64,000 nucleotides of DNA from an uncultured Clostridia bacterium (GCA_963556825.1 CAUWAM010000004.1:26234-90233), one strand, 5' to 3'; positions 10,523 to 20,195 are shown, counted from the first letter of the stretch. Notes: a model not told the origin generated them from the letters alone. Program-made: numbers and translations.

Positions 10523-12244
10523 ATGGAAAAACAAAGACAAGTAAAAGAATTTGAAAATGTAAAAGATATAATTTACAATTCAGCAAAAAAATATAGTGAC
10601 AATATAGCATTTATAAATAAAAAACAAATTGGTAAGAAATTAGAATATACAGAAATAACATATAAAGAACTTTTGAATCAAATAAATTATTTAGGAACGA
10701 AATTATATGATATTGGGCTAAAAAATAAAAGAATAGCAATTATAGGACGTAATAGATATGAATGGGCATTAGCACATTTAACAAATCTTTTAGGTGGAAT
10801 AATTTCAATTCCATTAGATAAAGATTTACAAATTGAAGAATTAGAAAATTCACTAATTAGAAGTAAAGCTGATGCTGTAATATTCGATGAAAAATATATT
10901 GAAAAAATAGAAAAAATAAAAGAAGGTAATAGTACAGAGATAAAAGAATATATTTCAATGTCAAAATTAGATGGATTTTTAGACATAAATACTTTATTAG
11001 AACAAGGAAAAGAAATGTATGAAAGTGGAAATAAAGAATTTGTAGAAACAAAAATAAATTCTTATGAAATGGGGATTTTGTTATTTACATCAGGAACAAC
11101 TTCAAAATCAAAAGCTGTAATGCTTTCACAAAATAATATTGCATCAAATATATATGCAATGCAAAAAGTAGAAGGAATATATGAAACAGACTCTAATTTA
11201 GCATTTTTACCATTTCATCATATATTTGGATCGACAGCATTAATAATGATGCTTGCTTGTGGGGTAAGAACAGCATTCCCAGATGGTTTAAGATATATAG
11301 CTCAAAATTTAAAGGAGTATGAAGTATCTGTATTTGTTGGAGTTCCATTACTTGTAGAAGCGATATACAATAAAATCTTAAAAGAAATAGAAAAACAAGG
11401 AAAGACAAAATTAATAAATAATGCAATCAAAATAAGTAATGCACTATTAAAAGTAAAAATCGATATAAGAAGAAAAATATTTAAACAAGTATTAAATCAA
11501 TTAGGAGGAAAATTAAGATTTGTTATTTCTGGAGGTGCTCCATTAGACCCTAAAGTTCAAATGGGATGGAATAACTTAGGGGTAAGAATGATACAAGGTT
11601 ATGGTTTAACAGAAACATCACCTGTAATATGTGCAGAAAATGATTTCAAAACAAGAAATGGCTCAATAGGAGTTCCAATGGAAAATGATATAATAGAAAT
11701 AGTAAATAAAGACGAAAATGGAATTGGAGAACTTAGAGTAAAAGGACCTAATGTAATGCTTGGTTACTATGATAATCAAGAAGAAACAGAAAAAGTTTTG
11801 AAGAATGGTTGGTTCTATACCGGAGACTTAGGGTATCAAGACAAAGATGGATTTATATTTATAACAGGTAGACAAAAGAATATGATAGTATTAAAAAATG
11901 GAAAGAAAATTTTTCCAGAAGAAGTAGAAACATTAGTTAATAGAATAGATTTAGTAGAAGAATGTATGGTTTTTGGAATGCCTAGTGAAAACGATAAAAA
12001 TGATATAAAATTATCTGTCAAAGTTGTTTTGAATAAAGAAGTTGCTAAAGAGGATTATAAAGAAAAAAACGATGAAGAATTAAAAGAGATAATTTGGCAA
12101 AAAATAAAAACAGATGTAAATCAAACAGTTCCTAGATATAAACACATAACTAATATGATTTTTAGTAAAGATGAATTAATTAAAACTACAACAAAAAAAG
12201 TAAAAAGAAACGAAGAAATGAAAAAAATATTAAGTGCTACTTAG
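10523..12244 (+). CDS. long-chain acyl-CoA synthetase (AMP-binding)
   Basis: FTSGTTSKSK, LPFHH, GYGLTETSP, TGDLG, GRQKN. Confidence 0.9.
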   Translation: MEKQRQVKEFENVKDIIYNSAKKYSDNIAFINKKQIGKKLEYTEITYKELLNQINYLGTKLYDIGLKNKRIAIIGRNRYEWALAHLTNLLGGIISIPLDKDLQIEELENSLIRSKADAVIFDEKYIEKIEKIKEGNSTEIKEYISMSKLDGFLDINTLLEQGKEMYESGNKEFVETKINSYEMGILLFTSGTTSKSKAVMLSQNNIASNIYAMQKVEGIYETDSNLAFLPFHHIFGSTALIMMLACGVRTAFPDGLRYIAQNLKEYEVSVFVGVPLLVEAIYNKILKEIEKQGKTKLINNAIKISNALLKVKIDIRRKIFKQVLNQLGGKLRFVISGGAPLDPKVQMGWNNLGVRMIQGYGLTETSPVICAENDFKTRNGSIGVPMENDIIEIVNKDENGIGELRVKGPNVMLGYYDNQEETEKVLKNGWFYTGDLGYQDKDGFIFITGRQKNMIVLKNGKKIFPEEVETLVNRIDLVEECMVFGMPSENDKNDIKLSVKVVLNKEVAKEDYKEKNDEELKEIIWQKIKTDVNQTVPRYKHITNMIFSKDELIKTTTKKVKRNEEMKKILSAT

Positions 12245-12261
12245 TTTAAGTAGCACTTTTT
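12232..12261. terminator. intrinsic terminator between the acyl-CoA synthetase and dacF
   Basis: AAGTGCTACTTA-GTT-TAAGTAGCACTT followed by T-run. Confidence 0.75.
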
Positions 12262-12283
12262 CTATTTGTGAATTTTTATAAGA

Positions 12284-13528
12284 TTAACTCCTTAATAAGT
12301 CAACCCAACTATAAATAACTCTTTTACAAATAGTAAAAACAGTTATTTTATCAACATCAGTTTCAGCAACAAGATTAGTAGTTGATAAAATTTGGTCATT
12401 AAGAGAAAAAGTAACTTCTCCAATTTTATCTCCTTTTTTTAATGGGGCAGAGATATTATCTGAAATTGTAACATTTTGAGAAATTTGGTTTTCTTTTCCT
12501 TTTTCAACTAAAGTCCCAACATCATTTTCCAATACGGCATTAATGGTTTTCTTAACTCCTTTATTTACAGATACATTTTCTATAATATCATTTTTATTTC
12601 CAAAACTTTTATAAGAAAATTTACTAAAACCATAATCTAAAAGCTTAGATGCTTCGGCAAACCTAACTTTTGTAGATGGAGCTTTCATAATTACAGCAAT
12701 TAATGATAAGTTATCTCTTGTTGCACTTGCTGATAAATTATATAAAGCTAAAGAAGTAGAGCCAGTTTTTAAACCTGTAATGCCTTTGTAAGTTCTTATT
12801 AATTTGTTAGTATTAACTAATTGTGATTTACCATCTCTTAAAGAGTCCATCCAAATAGTGGTATATTTAGTTACATCAGAATGTTTGCTTAAAAGTTCAC
12901 GGGACATTAAAGCAATATCATATGCAGAAGTAACATGATCATCTTCATCAATACCATGACAATTTTTAAAAGTTGTATCATTCATTCCAAGTTCTTTTGC
13001 TTTATCATTCATCGTTTGAACAAAAGCTTCTTCAGAACCTGCAATATGTTCTGCCATTGCTACAACACAATCATTAGCAGAAACCACGCAAATGGCTTTT
13101 AACATTTCATCAACTGTTAAAGTTTCTTTAGTATCAAGCCATATTTGTGAACCACCCATTGAACGAGCATTTTCTGAACATGGTATTTGATCTGAATAAG
13201 ATAATTTGCCACTATCTATTTGTTCCATAATTAAAAGAATACTCATAACTTTTGTTACAGAAGCGGGACGCAATTTCTCGTGTGAATTATGAGAATATAA
13301 AACTTGACCTGTATTTTGTTCAATTAAAATAGCAGAGCCACTTTCTAAATTTAAAGAATTGTTATCTTCAATATCTGAAGAATTACTAATAGAAGATTCT
13401 GAAGTTTCTATTGTAGTTAAATAGTCAGATGACCAAATATAAGAGCTTGAAGAATCATAGCAAAGTGATAATGTAGAAAAAGATAAAACAAGTATAAAAG
13501 TAATAATAGATAAACAAACCTTACGCAT
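12284..13528 (-). CDS. dacF: D-alanyl-D-alanine carboxypeptidase (DacF-like)
   Basis: PASVTK (SxxK), SANDC (SxN), GLKTGST (KTG), 'MGGSQIWL'; signal peptide. Confidence 0.85.
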   Translation of the reverse strand: MRKVCLSIITFILVLSFSTLSLCYDSSSSYIWSSDYLTTIETSESSISNSSDIEDNNSLNLESGSAILIEQNTGQVLYSHNSHEKLRPASVTKVMSILLIMEQIDSGKLSYSDQIPCSENARSMGGSQIWLDTKETLTVDEMLKAICVVSANDCVVAMAEHIAGSEEAFVQTMNDKAKELGMNDTTFKNCHGIDEDDHVTSAYDIALMSRELLSKHSDVTKYTTIWMDSLRDGKSQLVNTNKLIRTYKGITGLKTGSTSLALYNLSASATRDNLSLIAVIMKAPSTKVRFAEASKLLDYGFSKFSYKSFGNKNDIIENVSVNKGVKKTINAVLENDVGTLVEKGKENQISQNVTISDNISAPLKKGDKIGEVTFSLNDQILSTTNLVAETDVDKITVFTICKRVIYSWVDLLRS

Positions 13529-13674
13529 AATAGCCTCCTAAAGGGTAATTAAATTTAGTATAAATATATGTTAATAAAAAATATTTAGAATAAAAAAAGC
13601 AAAAATCTAAAAATCTTGACATTTAGGTAAAAACATATTAATATATAAGGGTAAAAAATAAAGGATGTAGAAAA

Positions 13675-13866
13675 ATGGTTAGTATAATTGTTAAAATAAT
13701 AGGAATATTGCTTGTATTAGCAGGAGCAATTTTAATATATGATGCACGAAATATAACTAAGAAATTTTTTGGATTTGGAGATCAAAATGAAGGAAGTTCT
13801 GGTTTGAAGATTATTGGTTTTATGATTGCTATAGTTGGTGGAATTATTATATATGTTGTTAAGTAA
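13675..13866 (+). CDS. small 2-TM membrane protein
   Basis: 63 aa with two hydrophobic helices; AAGGA RBS; TTGACA-type promoter upstream. Confidence 0.7.
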   Translation: MVSIIVKIIGILLVLAGAILIYDARNITKKFFGFGDQNEGSSGLKIIGFMIAIVGGIIIYVVK

Positions 13867-13983
13867 ATTTTGTATAATAAAATGATGCTTTTGTAAGTGA
13901 AATTGACATAATATTGGAAATGGTGTATAATAAAAGAAGTTAGCGAGAAGCTGATGAATAATTATAAGAGAGGATTAAAAGCA

Positions 13984-14139
13984 ATGACAGACAACAAGAT
14001 TAAGAACAGGAAAAAAAGTATGGCAAATGAAATGAGAATCAAAAATAAGGAAGAATTGTCAAAGATTCAAAAATACGAATCTATGGGAATTCAAGTAGGA
14101 AGATTATATACTTCTCACAGATTGCCAGTTAGCAAATAA
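13984..14139 (+). CDS. small basic protein (51 aa) in its own transcription unit
   Basis: Promoter TTGACA(13903)-N17-TATAAT(13926), GAGGA RBS, terminator GGAACATC-TGAATG-GATGTTCC then T-run at about 14148-14179. Confidence 0.55.
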   Translation: MTDNKIKNRKKSMANEMRIKNKEELSKIQKYESMGIQVGRLYTSHRLPVSK

Positions 14140-14257
14140 TCCTTAACGGGAACATCTGAATGGATGTTCCTATTTTTTTGAAAATTATAAAAAATTAAAA
14201 AATCCTATTGACAATGAAACTATTAATGTGCTATTATAAATATTGTTAATAAGAAAT

Positions 14258-14341
14258 GCGGATGTGGCGGAACTGGTAGACGCGCTGGTCTTAGGAACCA
14301 GTGCCAACGGCGTGGAGGTTCGAGTCCTCTCATCCGCACCA
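14258..14341 (+). tRNA. tRNA-Leu (anticodon TAG)
   Basis: Acceptor stem GCGGATG/CATCCGC plus ACCA; anticodon arm CTGGT-CTTAGGA-ACCAG; long variable arm; GGTTCGAGTCC T-arm; promoter TTGACA(14208)..TATTAT(14232). Confidence 0.97.
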
Positions 14342-14375
14342 TAGTAAGATTTTCAAGCTTTACGAGAAACCGTAT

Positions 14376-14425
14376 TGTTAGAAAATTTTAGTTTTTTCTA
14401 ACAGATTTTATAAAATTTTCTAACA
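14376..14425. repeat. three copies of TTTTCTAACA (one inverted), candidate integrase arm-type sites
   Basis: TGTTAGAAAA 14376-14385, TTTTCTAACA 14394-14403 and 14416-14425. Confidence 0.55.
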
Positions 14426-14539
14426 CTTTTAGGAATAGGTTGTTGTTAAACTTGGTGGGGTGCAACAACTTTTTTTATATTTTGATATTGATTAGAATTA
14501 TCAATATCTTCATAAATATTATTCAAAGTATTTTCTTTT

Positions 14540-14630
14540 GTAATAATTACACACAGACCAAAAATTACAGAATTATGTAATAGACATTATGTTTTGAGGA
14601 ATATATGATGAAAGTGTTTATCAAAGTATA
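14540..14630 (+). pseudogene. remnant of the C-terminus of an ABC ATPase
   Basis: Translates as VIITHRPKITELCNRHYV, like the ABC H-loop 'IITHR...LCDR' region; no start codon; frameshifted. Confidence 0.4.
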
Positions 14631-14652
14631 GAAATATATAAGGAGAATAGAA

Positions 14653-15633
14653 GTGAAAAATAGTGAGTTAAAAGTGGATTATTTAGATGAAAACACTTTT
14701 TGGCATATTACAAGCAAGTTAAATATAGAAAGTATTCAAAGAAATGGATTAGTGCCACGAGATGGAAAAAGAAATGGAAAAAGTACTAGTGCAGAGGACC
14801 CAGTACCTAGAGTATTTTTCAGTCAAGGACTAGAAGGGGTATTAGCACAAGCAAACAATTTAGCTTTTTTAATAAATGAATTTGTAAAAAATATAAAAAG
14901 AACAAATGAAGGGGATAATGGAAAAAACATTAAAGAAAAAATGCAGGAGTTTTTAAATAATTCTGTAAACAATGAAATTGAAAAAAAAGAAGCTAAAAAT
15001 GGTGGATTTATAGATATAGCAAATTTTATAAAAGAAGATATTTTTAAAAATGGTATAAACAAAAATTTGAATGAACATGATTTGAATAAAATTATATACA
15101 ATATTACAAAAACTATATGGGACAATGATGTTTGTTTGAAAGCAAATCTAAAAGAAAATGTGGATTATAGTTGGAATGATACTAACTATTCTGCTACAGG
15201 AGATAAAAAAAGACCAATGACAAAAAAGAATATGCATGCATTTGAAGGACATACAATTACTTCTGATAAGATAGAGATGATTACAGATGAAAATGGAAAG
15301 CCAAGAACAACATGGGATGTATTTAAAGAAATGGCAATGTTTTACAAAAGAGAACATCTAGATAAACAATATTTGCCAGTAGAGGAATGGCAATCTGGAT
15401 ATATGAATGAAAATGGCGAAATTGTTTATACAGGCGAAATTAATCATGAAAAAGATTATTTAAGTATGTTTATTGAAATAGAGAAAAATGAAAAGATAGA
15501 ATTAAGAGATATTGCTAGAGGATTTGCTAAAGAAAAAGAAGTAGCATTAAAAAAAGAAGATGCTAAAGTAGTATTTGAACAACTAGAAAAAGAAAATGAG
15601 CATATACAAGAAAGTCCTAGTCTCTTAGAATAG
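14653..15633 (+). CDS. hypothetical protein with N-terminal ADP-ribosyltransferase (Tpt1/KptA-like) motif
   Basis: FWHIT...NIESIQRNGLVP...RVFFS matches the H-x-T...SI...GL-P...VY/FLS pattern; GTG start with AGGAG RBS. Confidence 0.5.
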   Translation: MKNSELKVDYLDENTFWHITSKLNIESIQRNGLVPRDGKRNGKSTSAEDPVPRVFFSQGLEGVLAQANNLAFLINEFVKNIKRTNEGDNGKNIKEKMQEFLNNSVNNEIEKKEAKNGGFIDIANFIKEDIFKNGINKNLNEHDLNKIIYNITKTIWDNDVCLKANLKENVDYSWNDTNYSATGDKKRPMTKKNMHAFEGHTITSDKIEMITDENGKPRTTWDVFKEMAMFYKREHLDKQYLPVEEWQSGYMNENGEIVYTGEINHEKDYLSMFIEIEKNEKIELRDIARGFAKEKEVALKKEDAKVVFEQLEKENEHIQESPSLLE

Positions 15634-15644
15634 GAGATGATTAT

Positions 15645-16118
15645 ATGACGCAAACTGAAAAAAAGGAATATCAAAAGTCATATGTAGAATTATATGAAAT
15701 AATAAAAGTTCTACCAGAGCAAGAACAAAAGAAAATTCCTAAATTAGTTTTTAAAAACTTAAAAGATAATATGGATAAAGAATATAAATTTATATTGGAT
15801 AAAGATAGTGATTTATTAAATCAAAAGTATAGAATTGAAACGAAAGCATTATTTGTAGAACTATATGAAAGATATTTAGCATCAAAAGAAGAAAGTGAAA
15901 CTTGGAAAAAATATGATAAAGTTTGCAATAACATGATTGAAGAAGAAAAAAGAATAAAATATAATTCTGATAATATTTTCAAAAATAGAAAATTAGAAAA
16001 AGAAGATTTAACATTTAAAAAAGAAAATATAAGCCACTTACCTATTGAAATAAAAAAAGAAAATATTGTTATAAGATTTTTGACTTTTATTAAGAAAAGA
16101 ATATTAAAAAAATATTAA
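15645..16118 (+). CDS. hypothetical protein (helical, 157 aa), coupled to the upstream gene
   Basis: GGAG RBS overlaps the upstream stop; normal codon style. Confidence 0.75.
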   Translation: MTQTEKKEYQKSYVELYEIIKVLPEQEQKKIPKLVFKNLKDNMDKEYKFILDKDSDLLNQKYRIETKALFVELYERYLASKEESETWKKYDKVCNNMIEEEKRIKYNSDNIFKNRKLEKEDLTFKKENISHLPIEIKKENIVIRFLTFIKKRILKKY

Positions 16119-16204
16119 ATTTAATTTTGCTAGTTTACGTATTTTTCTATTAATAATTTGCCTAGTTGTGTCTTGAAAGTTTGTTATTGCTTGTATATAT
16201 TTCT

Positions 16205-16325
16205 TTAGCCATCATTTTTACTAAAGAATAAGATTAAGGAATAGATATATTTTTCTTTATCGCTTAAATGTTTATTAGTTAGGAGTTTATAAAGTATCCA
16301 AAGGTGCAAATAATTGATTTTAAGC
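16205..16325 (-). pseudogene. remnant of a mobile-element replication-initiator-like HTH N-terminus
   Basis: Minus strand reads ILYKLLTNKHLSDKEKYIYSLILFFSKNDG*, resembling phage/IME replisome-organiser wHTH starts. Confidence 0.4.
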
Positions 16326-16556
16326 TATAAAAAAACGAGTAATTCGCTAAGAACTACTCTTAATCTTCTTAATGCCGATGTGAAAATCACATAGCTTAAT
16401 TTAATTCGATTATACTATATAATATAGATGTTTTTATATTATCAAAGGTTATGGAAATGTCAGAAAGAGAACAAAGCATATTTGTTTATGAGATGTTAGC
16501 TAATCTTTATGAGATAATTATTGATTAAAAGGGGCTAATGCCCCTTGATTATAGTA

Positions 16557-17381
16557 TTATTTTTTAATCATATCTACAGATAACTCTGATAAATCTAAAT
16601 CATATTTTTCAGTTAAAATCTCTTTTAAATCATTTAATAAATAGTTTAATCTAATCTTTCCAGTTTCATTTTCATATGAAGCTCTAATTGTTATTTGTAG
16701 TGCGTGGTATTCATCTCCGTAAAGTTTACTTGCATTTTCTATCATACCTACTTGTTTCCATATAACAATATTAAGTTCATCTAAATCTTCTTCATTAGTT
16801 TTAAGATTATATCTTTTATCCATATATGCATACCAATAACCATTTTCATTTCCATATAATGTAGGGCTACCTGCAGAAGTATATCCCATATGACCAGTAG
16901 CACGATCTTTTATATTTGACCATGCTGATTTGGTATATTTATCTACACTATAATGTATATAAAGGCTGAAATCATTTGTAACTGCCTTTGAACTATCAAT
17001 TTTTTTATCTTTGTTAGTTTGTTTATCATAATCTATTACATATATTTTTCCAGGTTCATTAGTATATTCAGGTTCATATTCTTTTAAAAACGTATATCTA
17101 TTCCAGTTTGGCAAAATATATTCATAAGAATATGTCTTTCCATTTGCATATGTAGAATTTTCAACCAAATTTCCTGTTATTGATTTTGAGATACTTTCAT
17201 CAATGGATAAATTAACATTGATTTTATTATTGTTGCTATTACTATTATGAACTATATTAGTAGTATTTTTACTATTATTGTTATTTACAATAAAGAAAAT
17301 AATTAATCCCCCTGCAACAACTACCAATACTATAATTAAAACTAAAATTATTAAACTTATGCCATTTTTATTTTTTAGCAT
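16557..17381 (-). CDS. type IV pilin-like (class III signal peptide) surface protein
   Basis: MLKNKNG|ISLIILVLIIVLVVVAGG; Asn-rich linker; GAAAGGAGGTG RBS; hairpin AAGGGGC-TAAT-GCCCCTT downstream. Confidence 0.65.
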   Translation of the reverse strand: MLKNKNGISLIILVLIIVLVVVAGGLIIFFIVNNNNSKNTTNIVHNSNSNNNKINVNLSIDESISKSITGNLVENSTYANGKTYSYEYILPNWNRYTFLKEYEPEYTNEPGKIYVIDYDKQTNKDKKIDSSKAVTNDFSLYIHYSVDKYTKSAWSNIKDRATGHMGYTSAGSPTLYGNENGYWYAYMDKRYNLKTNEEDLDELNIVIWKQVGMIENASKLYGDEYHALQITIRASYENETGKIRLNYLLNDLKEILTEKYDLDLSELSVDMIKK

Positions 17382-17539
17382 ACTATTCACCTCCTTTCTA
17401 TTTTCATAAATATTAAAATTTTATATACTTTTCATAACACTTATGTTAAAATTTATTTACAGTTGATGAAACGGAAATTTTTTTTGTGCTAAATGTGGGA
17501 GTATATGCAGAGAAAATGTGCTATTTTTTCTCAAATAAG

Positions 17540-17634
17540 TATGGCTAACGCACCAACGACGTATCTGTTCGAACTTTTTATAGAACAGAGAGATACAAAA
17601 ATCAATCAGAAAATAAAATCTGGTTGATTTTTTT
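17540..17634 (+). ncRNA. putative structured leader RNA followed by an intrinsic terminator
   Basis: Locally GC-richer; stems GTATCT/AGATAC and TCTGTTC/GAACAGA; then AAAAATCAATCAGA/TCTGGTTGATTTTT plus T-run. Confidence 0.35.
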
Positions 17635-17786
17635 GTTGTCTAAAAACAATATTAAAGTCATCTGAATTAAATTTTAAGAAAAGTTGAAAAGCATGCAGAT
17701 ACATAGTATAATACTTTTGTTACCATTTGTAGCTATGCGAACTATAAGAAGAATAGCATTGTTACATTTTTGGAAGAGGTGTAATT

Positions 17787-17935
17787 ATGTTTAATAAAGA
17801 AGATGTTATGAAATTCAGCAAATTTATACGCATACAGAAGAAGGAAATAATCAAAAATGGTTGATGATAGATTTAGAAGATAAAGATAAAAGATATGAAG
17901 ATGTAAAGAAAATAATCGAAATCAGAAATAAATAA
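17787..17935 (+). pseudogene. internally deleted remnant resembling a DUF3788-type protein
   Basis: GAGGTG RBS plus ATG gives a 25-aa ORF; another frame reads EIQQIYTHTEEGNNQKWLMIDLEDKDKRYEDVKKIIEIRNK*; promoter TTGAAA(17684)-N17-TATAAT(17707). Confidence 0.45.
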
Positions 17936-17989
17936 ATTGCAAGTTAGAAGTATAATATGAAATTGGAAAAATAAAATACAGAGGTATTT

Positions 17990-18871
17990 ATGAATAAAAA
18001 AGAAAAATTAAAATTAAAAGTATTATTAAAAGAACTACAAAATGGAAACAAAGAAGTAATGCAAGAGTTATATAGCACTTATAATAAAATTGTATACGGA
18101 ATAGCATTTAGTATTTTAAAAAATAAAGAAGATTCAGAAGATGTAGTGCAGATAGTATTTTCAAAATTATATGTGTTAAATAAAGAAAAACTACCAAAAG
18201 AAAAAGAAGCAACGTGGTTATACTCAGTAACAAAAAACGAAGCACTAGCAATATTAAAAAAGAAAAATGATAATGTCAGTCTCGAAAATATATACAGTTT
18301 AGAAAATAACAATAATGAAATAGATAAATTGATAGATAGAGATTCGTACAATAAGCTAATTAATAAACTAGATAAAAAGGAACAAGAAATTGTTTCATTA
18401 AAAATACTTGGAAAACTAACTTTTTCAGAGATTGCAGAAATATTAGGAGAATCTACCAATACTATAAAATGGAGATACTATAAGGCAATTTATACATTAA
18501 AAGTATTATTAAGTAATTTAAGCATGTTTATAGTAACAGCAATATTAGGAATTCTGGGTATTAAAAATCAAAATAAAGTTGCAAATAAGTTAGAAGACGA
18601 ATATGTAATTACAAATAATATTATAACAGAAGATTTAGAAGAAAAATATGATAAAGGAAATTATAGAGATGAAGAAAAAAAAGAGGATATAATCCAAGAA
18701 GAGGAAATAACAGAAGGAACTATTGTAGAAGAACCAACAGCTATTAAACATACAAGTTATTTTAGTATAGGAATGTTCAGTATTTCAGCTATTTTTTTAT
18801 TAGTAACCATTATTTTTAGTATTTTTTTAGCAAAATACCAACTAAATGCAAATAAAAAATCATCTAAATAA
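17990..18871 (+). CDS. ECF sigma factor with C-terminal two-TM extension
   Basis: Region 2 (DSEDVVQIVF, WLYSVTKN) and region 4 (TFSEIAEILGESTNTIKWRY), then two hydrophobic segments around an acidic loop. Confidence 0.88.
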   Translation: MNKKEKLKLKVLLKELQNGNKEVMQELYSTYNKIVYGIAFSILKNKEDSEDVVQIVFSKLYVLNKEKLPKEKEATWLYSVTKNEALAILKKKNDNVSLENIYSLENNNNEIDKLIDRDSYNKLINKLDKKEQEIVSLKILGKLTFSEIAEILGESTNTIKWRYYKAIYTLKVLLSNLSMFIVTAILGILGIKNQNKVANKLEDEYVITNNIITEDLEEKYDKGNYRDEEKKEDIIQEEEITEGTIVEEPTAIKHTSYFSIGMFSISAIFLLVTIIFSIFLAKYQLNANKKSSK

Positions 18872-18894
18872 TAGAAAGGTTAAAAGGTGAGATT

Positions 18895-20094
18895 ATGAAA
18901 AAGAAAAATATTATAATAATAGCAATAATTATGGTGTTAGCAATATTATTATTTCCAATGCCAAACAGATTAAACGATGGTGGAACAGTAGAATATGAAG
19001 CATTACTTTATACAATAACTGACTATCACAAAATAGCACTAGAAGGAAGTAAAACAGAATATCTTGAAGGAATAAAAATTGAAATTTTAGGATTTGAAAT
19101 ATTTAACTCTCTTGAGGAAAAAGAAGAAACAACTTCTACTAATAATGAAGAAAGAATAAAACTAGAAGATTTAAAAATAAAAGCTGAAAATATAGATACA
19201 ACAAAATTAGTTAAATTTAATGGTGTATTATATGGCAAACCTAATGAATTTATTGACTATGCAGGAGATTTGAGTAAATCAATAGGAAAAATTGATTTGT
19301 TAATAGGCGAAGAATATTTGCCACAATTAGATGGAGAAACTAACTGTAAAGAATTTTTAAATTGTAATGTATTAGAAGCTAACGAGAAAACTATGGTATT
19401 AAATGTTGATAATGTTGCAGTTTTATTTAGAGCAATAGATAAAGAAAATATAAAGAAGTCTAATGGAGAAATTTTAGATATTGCAGAAGATGTGGAGTAT
19501 AGTAGTTTTGTAGGAACAGTATTAGAAGAAACAACAAAATATATGATAGTAGAACCAAATGAAGATGAAGAAGAAAGGAAATCATCTGATAAAATAAAAA
19601 TAAATTATGGAACAGATCATATAGATTATTTATATGGAATTGGTAGAAAAGTTGTTATTTATTATACTGGATATATAATGGAATCATACCCAGCACAAAT
19701 AAATACAAATAAAATATCAACAGAAGGATACAAAGATTTTGAAATTACAGTAAAAAAATCTAATAATATTACAAAAAAGAAAATATTAAACAACAAGGAT
19801 TTAAAAACAGATGGTCAGGATTTTAATTTATATTATTATGGACTAGATGAAGTAAATGTGAAAGTTGATAATAAAGATATGTCGTTAGAAGAAGCATTAA
19901 AAAGTGGAAAATTAACATTGCATGGAATAGTAGAAAAAGCAAATACAGACTTTCCAAATGCTATAACCTATAAAGATGGAGGTAGTATGGAGTATCATTA
20001 TGGAAATTATACAATAATAAAATATCATACTTTAGATGGGAATAGAGATGTATATATAGGAACTAAAGATTTAAAACTAACAGATATTAATTAA
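18895..20094 (+). CDS. membrane-anchored extracellular protein (YobA/DUF3221-like segment)
   Basis: N-terminal TM; 'GRKVVIYYTGYIMESYPAQI'; repeated 'DGG(T/S)xEY' motif at both ends. Confidence 0.65.
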   Translation: MKKKNIIIIAIIMVLAILLFPMPNRLNDGGTVEYEALLYTITDYHKIALEGSKTEYLEGIKIEILGFEIFNSLEEKEETTSTNNEERIKLEDLKIKAENIDTTKLVKFNGVLYGKPNEFIDYAGDLSKSIGKIDLLIGEEYLPQLDGETNCKEFLNCNVLEANEKTMVLNVDNVAVLFRAIDKENIKKSNGEILDIAEDVEYSSFVGTVLEETTKYMIVEPNEDEEERKSSDKIKINYGTDHIDYLYGIGRKVVIYYTGYIMESYPAQINTNKISTEGYKDFEITVKKSNNITKKKILNNKDLKTDGQDFNLYYYGLDEVNVKVDNKDMSLEEALKSGKLTLHGIVEKANTDFPNAITYKDGGSMEYHYGNYTIIKYHTLDGNRDVYIGTKDLKLTDIN

Positions 20095-20195
20095 GCTGAT
20101 GTTGAAGTTTAAATGGCAGAAATTGTTCTTCAGTTGATAAATGCTTAACTATGACTGTTATTCAAAAGATCCTTAGTGATAAACTATGTCAAAAA

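Noticed and set aside
17787-17935. A third programmed frameshift case
   Set aside because: No CGG at the junction and most of the gene is missing; better explained as a deletion remnant.
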